This document shows, one piece after another, positions 28,698-35,994 of a stretch of 64,000 bases of DNA. The notes beneath the pieces were generated by a model, which saw only the letters and a list, made by a program, of their open reading frames with translations, was not told the DNA's origin and did no database searches. The stretch lies in assembly GCA_000999715.1 (NCBI GenBank), contig LCGL01000001.1, positions 67,139-131,138 on the forward strand. The letters are read 5' to 3'. The DNA comes from Candidatus Falkowbacteria bacterium GW2011_GWF2_43_32. GTDB lineage: Bacteria; Patescibacteriota; Patescibacteriia; Patescibacteriales; UBA12465. Within the stretch, counting starts at the first letter, position 1. Each line of letters begins with the position of its first letter. The position numbers and the translations under genes are program-made.

Positions 28698-29486
28698 ATG
28701 AAATTCTCCCTGATAATCATCAACTATAAAACACCGGACTTGACCGCCGACTGTCTGCGAGGAATTTTTTTATGGCTATCCCGGGAAGAAGCGGAAATAA
28801 TTTTGATAGACAACGCCTCCCGCGACGGCAGTCGGGAAAAATTACAAGCCGAATTCGGTTCGCAAATCAAAATAATCGCCAATGAACACAATCTCGGTTT
28901 TGCCGCCGCCAACAACCAAGGCGCGGCCGTCGCCCGAGGCGATTACCTCCTCTTTCTGAACAGCGACACCGTAATCAAAGAAAATTTCTGGAACACTTGC
29001 GCCCGTCTGCTTGAAGACAATAAAGACATCGGTTTGATTTCGCCGCGACTGCGCCTGCCCTCCGGAGAATATCAACAAGCCGCTTTCGGAAAATTTCCCA
29101 CCTTATGGCGATTGCTCGCTCAAACCACCAAAAAAGATCAGGTGATATCCGGCGGCACCGATTTTTATGTCAGCGACTGGATTAGCGGTTGCGCCTTGAT
29201 GATTAAAAAAAATGTCTTTCAAGAACTCGACGGCTGGGACGATAATTTTTTTCTGTATTACGAAGACGTGGATTTGTGCCGCCGCGCTTATCAGAAAGGA
29301 TACAAATCGGCGGTAGCTCTGAACACCAACGTTATCCATTTGGGCGGACAAAGCTTAACGGCCGATCCGGAAAAAAAGAAACGCTATTATGCTTCGCAAG
29401 ATTATTACTTTCAAAAACACTATTCCTTCTTGGTCGGCTTGATTGTCAAAATCGCCCGATTTTTTTATTCTAATCTTAAAGTATGA
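28698..29486 (+). CDS. family 2 glycosyltransferase
   Basis: 262 aa. GT-A signature SLIIINYKT...IDNASRDGS...FLNSDT (DxD-like) ...YEDVDLC. Confidence 0.85.
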   Translation: MKFSLIIINYKTPDLTADCLRGIFLWLSREEAEIILIDNASRDGSREKLQAEFGSQIKIIANEHNLGFAAANNQGAAVARGDYLLFLNSDTVIKENFWNTCARLLEDNKDIGLISPRLRLPSGEYQQAAFGKFPTLWRLLAQTTKKDQVISGGTDFYVSDWISGCALMIKKNVFQELDGWDDNFFLYYEDVDLCRRAYQKGYKSAVALNTNVIHLGGQSLTADPEKKKRYYASQDYYFQKHYSFLVGLIVKIARFFYSNLKV

Positions 29487-30571
29487 AAATTGCCGTCAAC
29501 GCCATTCCTTATACCCGTTGGTCGGGAATAGAAACTTTCCTGCGGAATCTCTTATTGTTTTGGCCCGATAATACTCAAGATGAAATTGTTATTTTTACCA
29601 ATCAGCGAGCGGCCAAGTTCTTGCAACCCCTGCCGGCTAACCTGAAAATCAAAATTAAAACTTTCTCGCGACTGAGCCGCTGGCGACTTTTTTTGTATCA
29701 ACAAATCGCTTTGCCCGCCGTCTTGCGCCGAGAAAAATTTGACTTGTTATTTTGCGCTTCCCTGCTCGCCCCCTGGAGTTATCGCCGAAAAATAATTACC
29801 ATCCATGACGCCGCGCCTTTTATTCTGAAAAAGGAAACCGGTCCGATCGGAAAAATTTTTTGGAACATCAATCTGCTGTTTAATCGGCGCTCCGCTCTCA
29901 AAATTATTACCGTATCAGAATTTTCCAAACAAGAATTGATAAAAAAATTGGGCATCAAGGAAAATAATCTGGAAATAATCTTCAACGGCGCGCCTTTAAT
30001 AGGCGCAGACGAAAGCCGGCCAGAGGCGAAAAGAGAAAAATATTTCGTCACCGTCGGCAACGCCCGGCCCAGAAAAAATTTGGAAATTTTATTCCGAGCG
30101 CTGACCGATCCGCACAACAAACTGACCGATTTTAAATTGTTGGTTATCGGCCAGTTGGACAGTCGCATGAAAAAATTGCAAAAAAAATATAATTCGTCGC
30201 AAATAATATTCACCGGCTTTGTCGCTGAAAAAGAAAAATATGCTCTGATCAAAAAAGCTTCCGCCTTGATTTTTCCTTCTTTGCATGAAGGCTTCGGTTT
30301 GCCGATTGTGGAAGCGGGCAAGTTAAGAACGCCGGTCGTCTGTTCCGACATCCCGGCCTTTCGGGAAATCGCCGGCGACAGCGCTCTTTTCTTCAATCCT
30401 CAAGACGAAAAAGAACTGGTGCAAAAAATAAAGGAAACAATCGAATCCGCACAAACGATTTTCACGCTGGGAGAAAAAGGATACGCCAACGCCAGAAGAT
30501 TCAACTGGCCGGAATCGGCCGCCAAACTGGCCTCAATAATCCATCATTATGAAAATCCTGCAAATAAATAA
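29483..30571 (+). CDS. GT-B glycosyltransferase (GT4-like)
   Basis: 362 aa with the C-terminal EGFGLPIVEA motif of Glycos_transf_1 enzymes. The start overlaps the upstream GT2 stop by 4 nt. Confidence 0.8.
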   Translation: MKIAVNAIPYTRWSGIETFLRNLLLFWPDNTQDEIVIFTNQRAAKFLQPLPANLKIKIKTFSRLSRWRLFLYQQIALPAVLRREKFDLLFCASLLAPWSYRRKIITIHDAAPFILKKETGPIGKIFWNINLLFNRRSALKIITVSEFSKQELIKKLGIKENNLEIIFNGAPLIGADESRPEAKREKYFVTVGNARPRKNLEILFRALTDPHNKLTDFKLLVIGQLDSRMKKLQKKYNSSQIIFTGFVAEKEKYALIKKASALIFPSLHEGFGLPIVEAGKLRTPVVCSDIPAFREIAGDSALFFNPQDEKELVQKIKETIESAQTIFTLGEKGYANARRFNWPESAAKLASIIHHYENPANK

Positions 30572-31676
30572 ATTTTATCATCCCTGGATCGGCGGCGTGG
30601 AAAAAATTGTCCAAAATATCGCCGAAGATTTTAACGGCCGCGACGGTTTCCGAGTGGACGTTTTAGCCTGCCAAGCTCAAGGCCGACGCCAAACGGAAAA
30701 CATCAACGGCATCACCGTCTATCGCGCCGCTTCTTGGGGATATTGGCTGGGCATGCCGATTTCCTGGGATTTTTTTCGCCTGCTCCGAAAAATTAAAAAG
30801 AATTATGACCTGATTTTAATCCATCATCCCTTTCCTCTGGCTTTTCTGGCGATTCCCTTTTTAAAAAATAAAAAAATCTTCATCTGGTACCATGCGGATA
30901 TCATTCGGCAAAAAATCAGCAAACATTTCTTCCTGCCTTTCATCAAACTGGGATTAAAAAGGGCGGACAAAATATTGCTTGCCAGTCGCAGTTTACTTGC
31001 TCAGTCTTCATTGTTAAAAAAATATGTCGCCAAAAGCGAAATAATTCCTTTCGGCTTGGATCTGGAAAAGTTTTCCGTTAAAAACGACGATGACCGACAA
31101 ACAGCGGAAATCAAAAAACGTTATGGATCGCCGCTAATTCTGGGCGTCGGGCGACTGGTAAGCTACAAAGGTTGGGAATTTTTGATAACAGCTCTGGCTG
31201 ACGACAGCTTACGCGCTTTGCCGGAAGTGAAACTGTTGATTATCGGCGCCGGACCTTTGGAAACTGAACTGAATAAACTGATTGCGGACTTAGAACTGCA
31301 AAATAAAGTTTCTCTGCTCAAAACTGTGCCGGATCTCAAGCCATTTTACGAAGCCAGTGATTTATTGGTTCTGCCCTCCGTTTCGTCAACCGAAGCTTTC
31401 GGGCTGGTCCAGCTGGAAGCGATGGCTTGCGGCAAACCGGTTATCAACACGGATTTGCCGACCGGAGTCACCGAAGTCAGTCTTCACGGTCTTAGCGGCC
31501 TGACTGTTCCGCCTCGCGACAGCGCCGCTTTGGCGCAAGCTATTTTAAAAATCCTCTCCGACCCGGAATTAAAAAATCGCTTCGGAAAAAACGGACGACA
31601 ACGCGTAGAGGATTTCTTCAGCCAAAAACTTTTTCACGAAAACTTGGCGAAGTTGTTCCGCCGCGCCGCACAATAA
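30549..31676 (+). CDS. GT-B glycosyltransferase (GT4-like)
   Basis: 375 aa with N-terminal GG.E motif (WIGGVEK) and C-terminal EAFGLVQLEAMACGKPVI. Confidence 0.8.
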   Translation: MKILQINKFYHPWIGGVEKIVQNIAEDFNGRDGFRVDVLACQAQGRRQTENINGITVYRAASWGYWLGMPISWDFFRLLRKIKKNYDLILIHHPFPLAFLAIPFLKNKKIFIWYHADIIRQKISKHFFLPFIKLGLKRADKILLASRSLLAQSSLLKKYVAKSEIIPFGLDLEKFSVKNDDDRQTAEIKKRYGSPLILGVGRLVSYKGWEFLITALADDSLRALPEVKLLIIGAGPLETELNKLIADLELQNKVSLLKTVPDLKPFYEASDLLVLPSVSSTEAFGLVQLEAMACGKPVINTDLPTGVTEVSLHGLSGLTVPPRDSAALAQAILKILSDPELKNRFGKNGRQRVEDFFSQKLFHENLAKLFRRAAQ

Positions 31677-31699
31677 CTTAACGACAAATCAAACAAAAA

Positions 31700-31719
31700 G
31701 AGGCCCGACCAGGGGCCTC
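31700..31719. terminator. bidirectional terminator hairpin between the glycosyltransferase operon and rpsD
   Basis: GAGGCCC-gaccag-GGGCCTC flanked by an A-run and TTTGTT, between convergent genes. Confidence 0.55.
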
Positions 31720-31753
31720 TTTGTTAAATAAGCAAAATAATTCAATCGACAAC

Positions 31754-32335
31754 TTATATAACGCGGCGATAAAACTCCAAAACCTGGTTCATCTCCACAT
31801 TCTTGGGCAAATCGTTTTCCGACGGAACGGACAATAATCTTCCTTGATTTTCGCCATACTCCAAGAAGCCCAAAACAGTGCTCTCTTTCCGATTATTTTT
31901 TACCTGCTCCAAAAAGTTCGCTCTTTTCAAGACTTTCGCCGCCAAACCGATTGTTTGACCCGGCTTCACTTCATAGGAAGCGATGTCCACTTTGCGACCG
32001 TCCACGACGATGTGTCCGTGATTGACCGTTTGCCTGGCCTGTTCTCTGGTTTTTCCGAAACCCAAACGATAGGCGATGTTATCCAAACGAGTTTCCAGAC
32101 GCCGCAACAATTCAATCTGCGGATTGCCGGTTCCCTTCAAAGCTTCGCGCGCGTAGCGCTTCATCTGCCGTTCCATAACGCCATAAATAAACTTCAAGCG
32201 TTGTTTTTGCAATAACCTTTCGCCGTAAGCGGACAAGCGAGCCGTTCGCTGATCTTTTTTTCTAATGCTCTCTCCCTCCGTCGCCAGGCCCAAACGCCGG
32301 CGCTTCTTCATTTTCGGTCCGATATATCTTCCCAT
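31754..32335 (-). CDS. rpsD: 30S ribosomal protein S4
   Basis: 193 aa. MGRYIGPKMKKRRRLG... plus an S4 RNA-binding domain (RLDNIAYRLGF...ARQ.V.HGHI.V.G). Confidence 0.95.
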   Translation of the reverse strand: MGRYIGPKMKKRRRLGLATEGESIRKKDQRTARLSAYGERLLQKQRLKFIYGVMERQMKRYAREALKGTGNPQIELLRRLETRLDNIAYRLGFGKTREQARQTVNHGHIVVDGRKVDIASYEVKPGQTIGLAAKVLKRANFLEQVKNNRKESTVLGFLEYGENQGRLLSVPSENDLPKNVEMNQVLEFYRRVI

Positions 32336-32485
32336 ATTATTAATATTATATGATTTATCACTTTATTTATTAATTAAGCTTGGTTTGGATACTATCATCT
32401 TTCCATAAAAAAAACAAGACAGCTCGTTTGAAATGGACAATTTATTCACTTTGACTGATATTATTTTAGCATATTGATAAATTTT

Positions 32486-32526
32486 ACAAAAAAAATAACC
32501 TCGAATTGCTTATACAATCCGAGGTT
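32486..32526 (-). terminator. rho-independent terminator of DGR target gene 1
   Basis: Minus strand AACCTCG-gattgtataagcaatt-CGAGGTT followed by ATTTTTTTT. The same element follows target gene 2. Confidence 0.6.
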
Positions 32527-32590
32527 ATATCCGCCTGCCGGCGGACAAAAGACAAAAAACTAAAGTCTAAAGACTCAAAGGGTCAAAAGA

Positions 32591-33250
32591 CTAAGAGTTA
32601 GAAACTTGCGAAACGACGAAAGCAAACCCGCCGCTACGACTCCACCTGTCATCAGGGCCGCCATAGCACGTGCCCAACCAAGAACCACGGCCACGGCGAT
32701 CAGCGCTGAGCAATGAAGGATCGCCGTCAAAATCTTTAATTGATTCGTGCATAACAACAATCCAATATAAATCCATAATTTCCAGTTCTTTGTTGGAGAA
32801 TCTCTCTCTGATTAAACAGGCCACTTCAGCGTTTGGTGTGGTGAGCCTACGATTTTTAGCATCTTTACGGATGTTTTTAGTGACACGTTCGTTGTCACTG
32901 AAAAGTTCGCTTTTTAAAACGGCAATTTTGTAGGTAATACCACTTGTCGGTTTAAAGCTTTTTGAACGTAGAACACTTTTAGCGTCATCCTTGACACGAA
33001 ATATTTTGGATTCCAAACGAGAAATCCACTGTTCGCCGGTTGTTCCGTCGGAAGTGACGCTAAAATAAACAACTCCGTTTTTTTCAATCCACTTCGGTTT
33101 AATGACTGAAATTTGTACTTCTCCGGCGTTAACCATACGAACAGCTTCATTTGGGTTATTTACTCCGGTTTGTTTCATAATATTTTTAACCATGGCATTT
33201 AATTTTCCAGGTAAAACATCAGAAATTACAAAAAAATCATTATTATTCAT
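32591..33250 (-). CDS. DGR variable (target) protein 1, remote from the RT
   Basis: 219 aa, paralog of 47842-48495. The C-terminal ~43 aa align with the template repeat, with variable residues wherever the TR has Asn (AAY) codons. All three copies share an identical ...RSGGFAFVVSQVS tail. Confidence 0.8.
   Translation of the reverse strand: MNNNDFFVISDVLPGKLNAMVKNIMKQTGVNNPNEAVRMVNAGEVQISVIKPKWIEKNGVVYFSVTSDGTTGEQWISRLESKIFRVKDDAKSVLRSKSFKPTSGITYKIAVLKSELFSDNERVTKNIRKDAKNRRLTTPNAEVACLIRERFSNKELEIMDLYWIVVMHESIKDFDGDPSLLSADRRGRGSWLGTCYGGPDDRWSRSGGFAFVVSQVSNS
32604..32733 (-). repeat. DGR variable region VR1
   Basis: 130 nt aligning with the TR (47378-47507). The 3' 36 nt are identical to the TR and VR2. 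About 20 mismatches are at TR adenines and 2-3 at other bases (hand alignment). Confidence 0.8.
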
Positions 33251-33318
33251 CTTTTCCTCCTTGCGCTTATTTGCGCTGTTTATTTGCTCTTATCCGAAGC
33301 AGGAACTATAACCATCGT

Positions 33319-33379
33319 GGTCACAGCCAGGAAATGACTATCCGCCGGCTGACGGATTAACCATCTTTTGGCTGTGACC
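33319..33379 (-). promoter_or_regulatory. conserved 5' leader stem-loop of DGR target gene 1
   Basis: 10-bp stem GGTCACAGCC/GGCTGTGACC enclosing a variable apical part. The same stem occurs in the paralog leader at 48562-48610. Confidence 0.35.
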
Positions 33380-33420
33380 AATTTTGCAAATTAATTTTTA
33401 AAGGTCAATAATTATGAAAT

Positions 33421-33449
33421 ATTATATCATATAAATTATATTCTGTCAA
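33421..33449 (-). promoter_or_regulatory. sigma-70-type promoter of DGR target gene 1
   Basis: Minus strand TTGACA-17 nt-TATAAT, consensus in both hexamers, about 170 nt upstream of the ATG. Confidence 0.6.
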
Positions 33450-33749
33450 CTCGGCGAGCTGAATTGTAAAGAGGAAATAGAAATGTCGTCCAAACAAAAA
33501 ACCCCGTCTCTCTCTGCTAACGCCAATCATGAATCAGTTTGAAAAATCGGCACGTCTATGTGCTCGTTTATCCATAAACTTTTTCCAATTCTTTTAAAAT
33601 ACCATTAAGCCGATGCCGCTCTCGACTTAACTCAAAATTTTCCGGAAAATAGCGGCGAGCGGTCTTAACAATACCAAAAAGCAATTTTATTTCTTCTTTT
33701 GAGCAAGCTAATAATTTCTTTTTTAAATCGCATATTTTAAAATTCTATT

Positions 33750-34598
33750 TTAACTATCAATAGCTTTATTGCTATTGCTGTCAATCAGTTTGAAATTTTT
33801 CCGGCTAACAACTTTTTTTCCGGTTTTTTCTTCCAATTCCAATCTAGCATGCTTCGCTACCGCTCCGCCCTGTTGAGCCGGAATTTTATTTTCATCCAAT
33901 CCTCGAGCATGATCCGTTTCCGCTATTTGCCGAGTAGAAAGTTCGGCTAATGCCGTAAAAACCAACTCCGCATCAGTCATGTGGTCGCGCAAATTCTCCG
34001 TCTTTAAGCCTTTATATTTTTTATGTTCCTTGGTGGTCAAATCGCTCCATTCTTTATGAATAATATCGGTTAGAATAGCATATTCCTCTTTTTCTTTGAC
34101 TTTATTGTTTTTCCAATAATCCGTTAGCTTATTTCTCACCTCCTGCCCCATCATTCTTTGCTGAATCCATTGTTGACTTCGGCCCATCTTTTGCCAATAG
34201 CCTCTGGAGCGATTTAAAGCTTGCTCCGGATCGGCTATTTCCTGGACTCTTTCATAACCGACTTTTGCCAGCCAAAGCTTGAACGGCTCGGCTTTGGGAG
34301 ACGGGATAGATTGAACCAAGCGAAAAATCGTCTCAACATCACCGGCGTCACTTAAATAATATTTACCGTCTTTAGCTAAAAATTTCAGTTGGTTACAATT
34401 TGTAACCGACTGATTACCCTCATCTTTTAAACGACTCTTCAAAACTTTCCAATAATTACGCGCATCTTGGCTCCCCGTTAAAACTCTAATTACATCCACC
34501 ACGCTAAACATCCACTTCTCTTCTTTTTCTAACCATACCCGTCGTACCGGATCATTGTCAAAAATGACGATAGATTTTTTATTGTTTGTATCAAGCAT
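33750..34598 (-). CDS. Bro-N domain protein (DinD/antirepressor-like)
   Basis: 282 aa. The N-terminal Bro-N pattern (W.FSVVDVIRVLT...) and the central SIPSPKAEPFKLWLAKVGYERVQE block are characteristic of this widespread phage-associated family. Confidence 0.75.
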   Translation of the reverse strand: MLDTNNKKSIVIFDNDPVRRVWLEKEEKWMFSVVDVIRVLTGSQDARNYWKVLKSRLKDEGNQSVTNCNQLKFLAKDGKYYLSDAGDVETIFRLVQSIPSPKAEPFKLWLAKVGYERVQEIADPEQALNRSRGYWQKMGRSQQWIQQRMMGQEVRNKLTDYWKNNKVKEKEEYAILTDIIHKEWSDLTTKEHKKYKGLKTENLRDHMTDAELVFTALAELSTRQIAETDHARGLDENKIPAQQGGAVAKHARLELEEKTGKKVVSRKNFKLIDSNSNKAIDS

Positions 34599-34873
34599 AT
34601 TTTATATATAAATTTACATTTATATTATAGCAAAAATGCCCTTAAATTCCCATAAATTTTTAATAAAATTAAAATAAAATGCGCGAAAATAAAAAACATC
34701 AAATATTAGCTCATTAATGAATTTCTAACCCAAAGCAGGTCGTCTTCATCTAAACGGCAAAAAATTTGATATTTTGATTTAGAAAAAATATTTTTAAATT
34801 GTCCGGCTTTTGAATCCCTCTTGAGCCCGACCTTAATAAAAGTAACCCAACGCAGGTTGGGTTCTTTTTATTA

Positions 34874-34886
34874 TGCGGAGAGAGGG
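34874..34886 (-). repeat. 13-nt copy of the tRNA-Ser 3' end (att-like remnant)
   Basis: TGCGGAGAGAGGG (plus strand) matches the 3' acceptor/T-stem end of the tRNA at 56709-56726. It is preceded by a terminator-like hairpin (34843-34870). Confidence 0.4.
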
Positions 34887-35020
34887 GGCGCACTGGGAAC
34901 GGTTATATTAAAATCATCATAAGAATTTATGAGCCCTAAGACCTGCCTAAAATAAAAAAGGATATTAATAGGCTACTTGATATTTTTACAAGATATAAAT
35001 ATTTTGTTATTATAATTAAT

Positions 35021-35548
35021 ATGGACAAAATCAATATCTATATAGATGGAAATAATTTATATCGCTCAGCCAAAGAGCTGGGCTTTGAGATTGATTACAA
35101 AAAATTTAGAGGTTGGCTTAGACAAAAATATAATCCAACTTTTGTTTATTTATTTATAGGATTAGTCCCCGAAAGAACAAATTTCTATGAACACTTACAA
35201 AAATGCGGCTATATTCTAGTTTTTAAACAAACAGTTTCTGTCGGCGAAAAAATAAAAGGCAATTGTGATGCAGAACTAGTTCTTAAAAGTATAAAAGATT
35301 ATTACACAAAGTCTTTTGATTCTTGCATTTTAATAACCGGGGATGGTGATTTTGGGTGTTTAGTTGAATTTTTAAAAGAAAACAAGTCTATAAATTGTAT
35401 TATTGCGCCAGATAGGGACAAGTGTTCTATTTTACTTAGAAATAAAAATACAGAAATCACTTTTTTGAATGAACACTATCATAAATTTTCTGGGGAAATA
35501 AAAAAAGCCCCCAATATGGACGTATCCACACCAGGGTCTCTTTCATAA
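35021..35548 (+). CDS. NYN (LabA-like, PIN-related) nuclease-domain protein
   Basis: 175 aa with conserved acidic motifs IYIDGNNLY, GNCDAELV and LITGDGDFGCLV typical of NYN domains. Confidence 0.75.
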   Translation: MDKINIYIDGNNLYRSAKELGFEIDYKKFRGWLRQKYNPTFVYLFIGLVPERTNFYEHLQKCGYILVFKQTVSVGEKIKGNCDAELVLKSIKDYYTKSFDSCILITGDGDFGCLVEFLKENKSINCIIAPDRDKCSILLRNKNTEITFLNEHYHKFSGEIKKAPNMDVSTPGSLS

Positions 35549-35629
35549 TGATGTTATTATTATAACATTAAAAACAAAAAAGTCAATATTATAATAAAAA
35601 TAACTCTAATATTAGAGTTATTTTTAATC

Positions 35630-35645
35630 TGCGGAGAGAGGGATT
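35630..35645 (-). repeat. 16-nt copy of the tRNA-Ser 3' end (att-like direct repeat)
   Basis: TGCGGAGAGAGGGATT versus TGCGGAGAGAGAGGGATT at 56709-56726, the same except for a GA dinucleotide indel. Same orientation as the tRNA and followed on the minus strand by a terminator hairpin (35601-35625). Confidence 0.5.
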
Positions 35646-35779
35646 GCAGGGCGGCTAAGCCGCCCTTTCTGCCTGCGTCGCTCGGAACTGCTAGTCTGCC
35701 TAACGGCAGTCTAGCGCTGCCTCGCTATCCTCGGCAGTGCGAACCCAAGGGTTCTCATCATATTCTTGCTCCCTTCAAC

Positions 35780-35815
35780 CAAACTAAAAACACCCTTACG
35801 GGTGTTTTTAGTTTG
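35780..35815. terminator. perfect 16-bp inverted repeat with a 4-nt loop (bidirectional terminator-like)
   Basis: CAAACTAAAAACACCC-ttac-GGGTGTTTTTAGTTTG. Confidence 0.5.
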
Positions 35816-35994
35816 ATAGCGGGCTACCTCGGGCTGGAACCGTAATTTCGGCAAGCCCAGCAAGGCTTTTCGGTGATTTTTTAAGACTTTAGAAAATAAG
35901 ATCCTCGTGCGCTATGGTTTTTCTTGAAAAGTGACAAAAGTGACACGAGTATTGATATAAAGGTTACAGGCAGGTGTAACCTAATTAAGTCAAT

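Larger units (their letters stand above)
32452..33450 (-). repeat. left copy of a ~1-kb diverged direct repeat (DGR target gene with its promoter, leader and terminator)
   Basis: Colinear with 47705-48681. Both copies share the -35/-10 promoter, the leader stem, a paralogous CDS (roughly 70% aa identity by eye), the terminator and about 45 nt of downstream flank. Confidence 0.8.

Noticed and set aside
117-31676. Numerous plus-strand ORFs of 60-320 aa lying antisense to the long minus-strand housekeeping genes. Examples: 17503-18468 opposite nrdB, 13461-14084 opposite ileS, 10374-10979 opposite the SPFH gene, and 59604-60242 opposite gatA/gatC.
   Set aside because: They fully overlap motif-supported genes, have Arg/Pro/His-biased or low-complexity translations, and have no start or RBS context. 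They are typical antisense shadow ORFs.
32575-32760. 61-aa ORF antisense to VR1, and its twin at 47826-48008 antisense to VR2.
   Set aside because: These are shadow ORFs created by the GC-rich VR on the opposite strand of well-supported genes. There is no independent signal.
33560-33740. Short reading frame just downstream of the Bro-N gene, encoding ...KLLFGIVKTARRYFPENFELSRERHRLNGILKELEKVYG.
   Set aside because: It looks protein-like but has no ATG or GTG start after the upstream in-frame stop, only an internal TTG. It is possibly a decayed gene fragment, and the evidence is not enough to call it.
35630-35760. Possible tRNA, tmRNA or tRNA pseudogene, because the segment ends with a tRNA-like AATCCCTCTCTCCGCA 3' end.
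   Set aside because: There is no matching 5' acceptor strand (GGAGAGA), no D arm and no anticodon arm upstream. Only the T-loop-to-3'-end portion is duplicated, which fits an att-type repeat rather than a gene.
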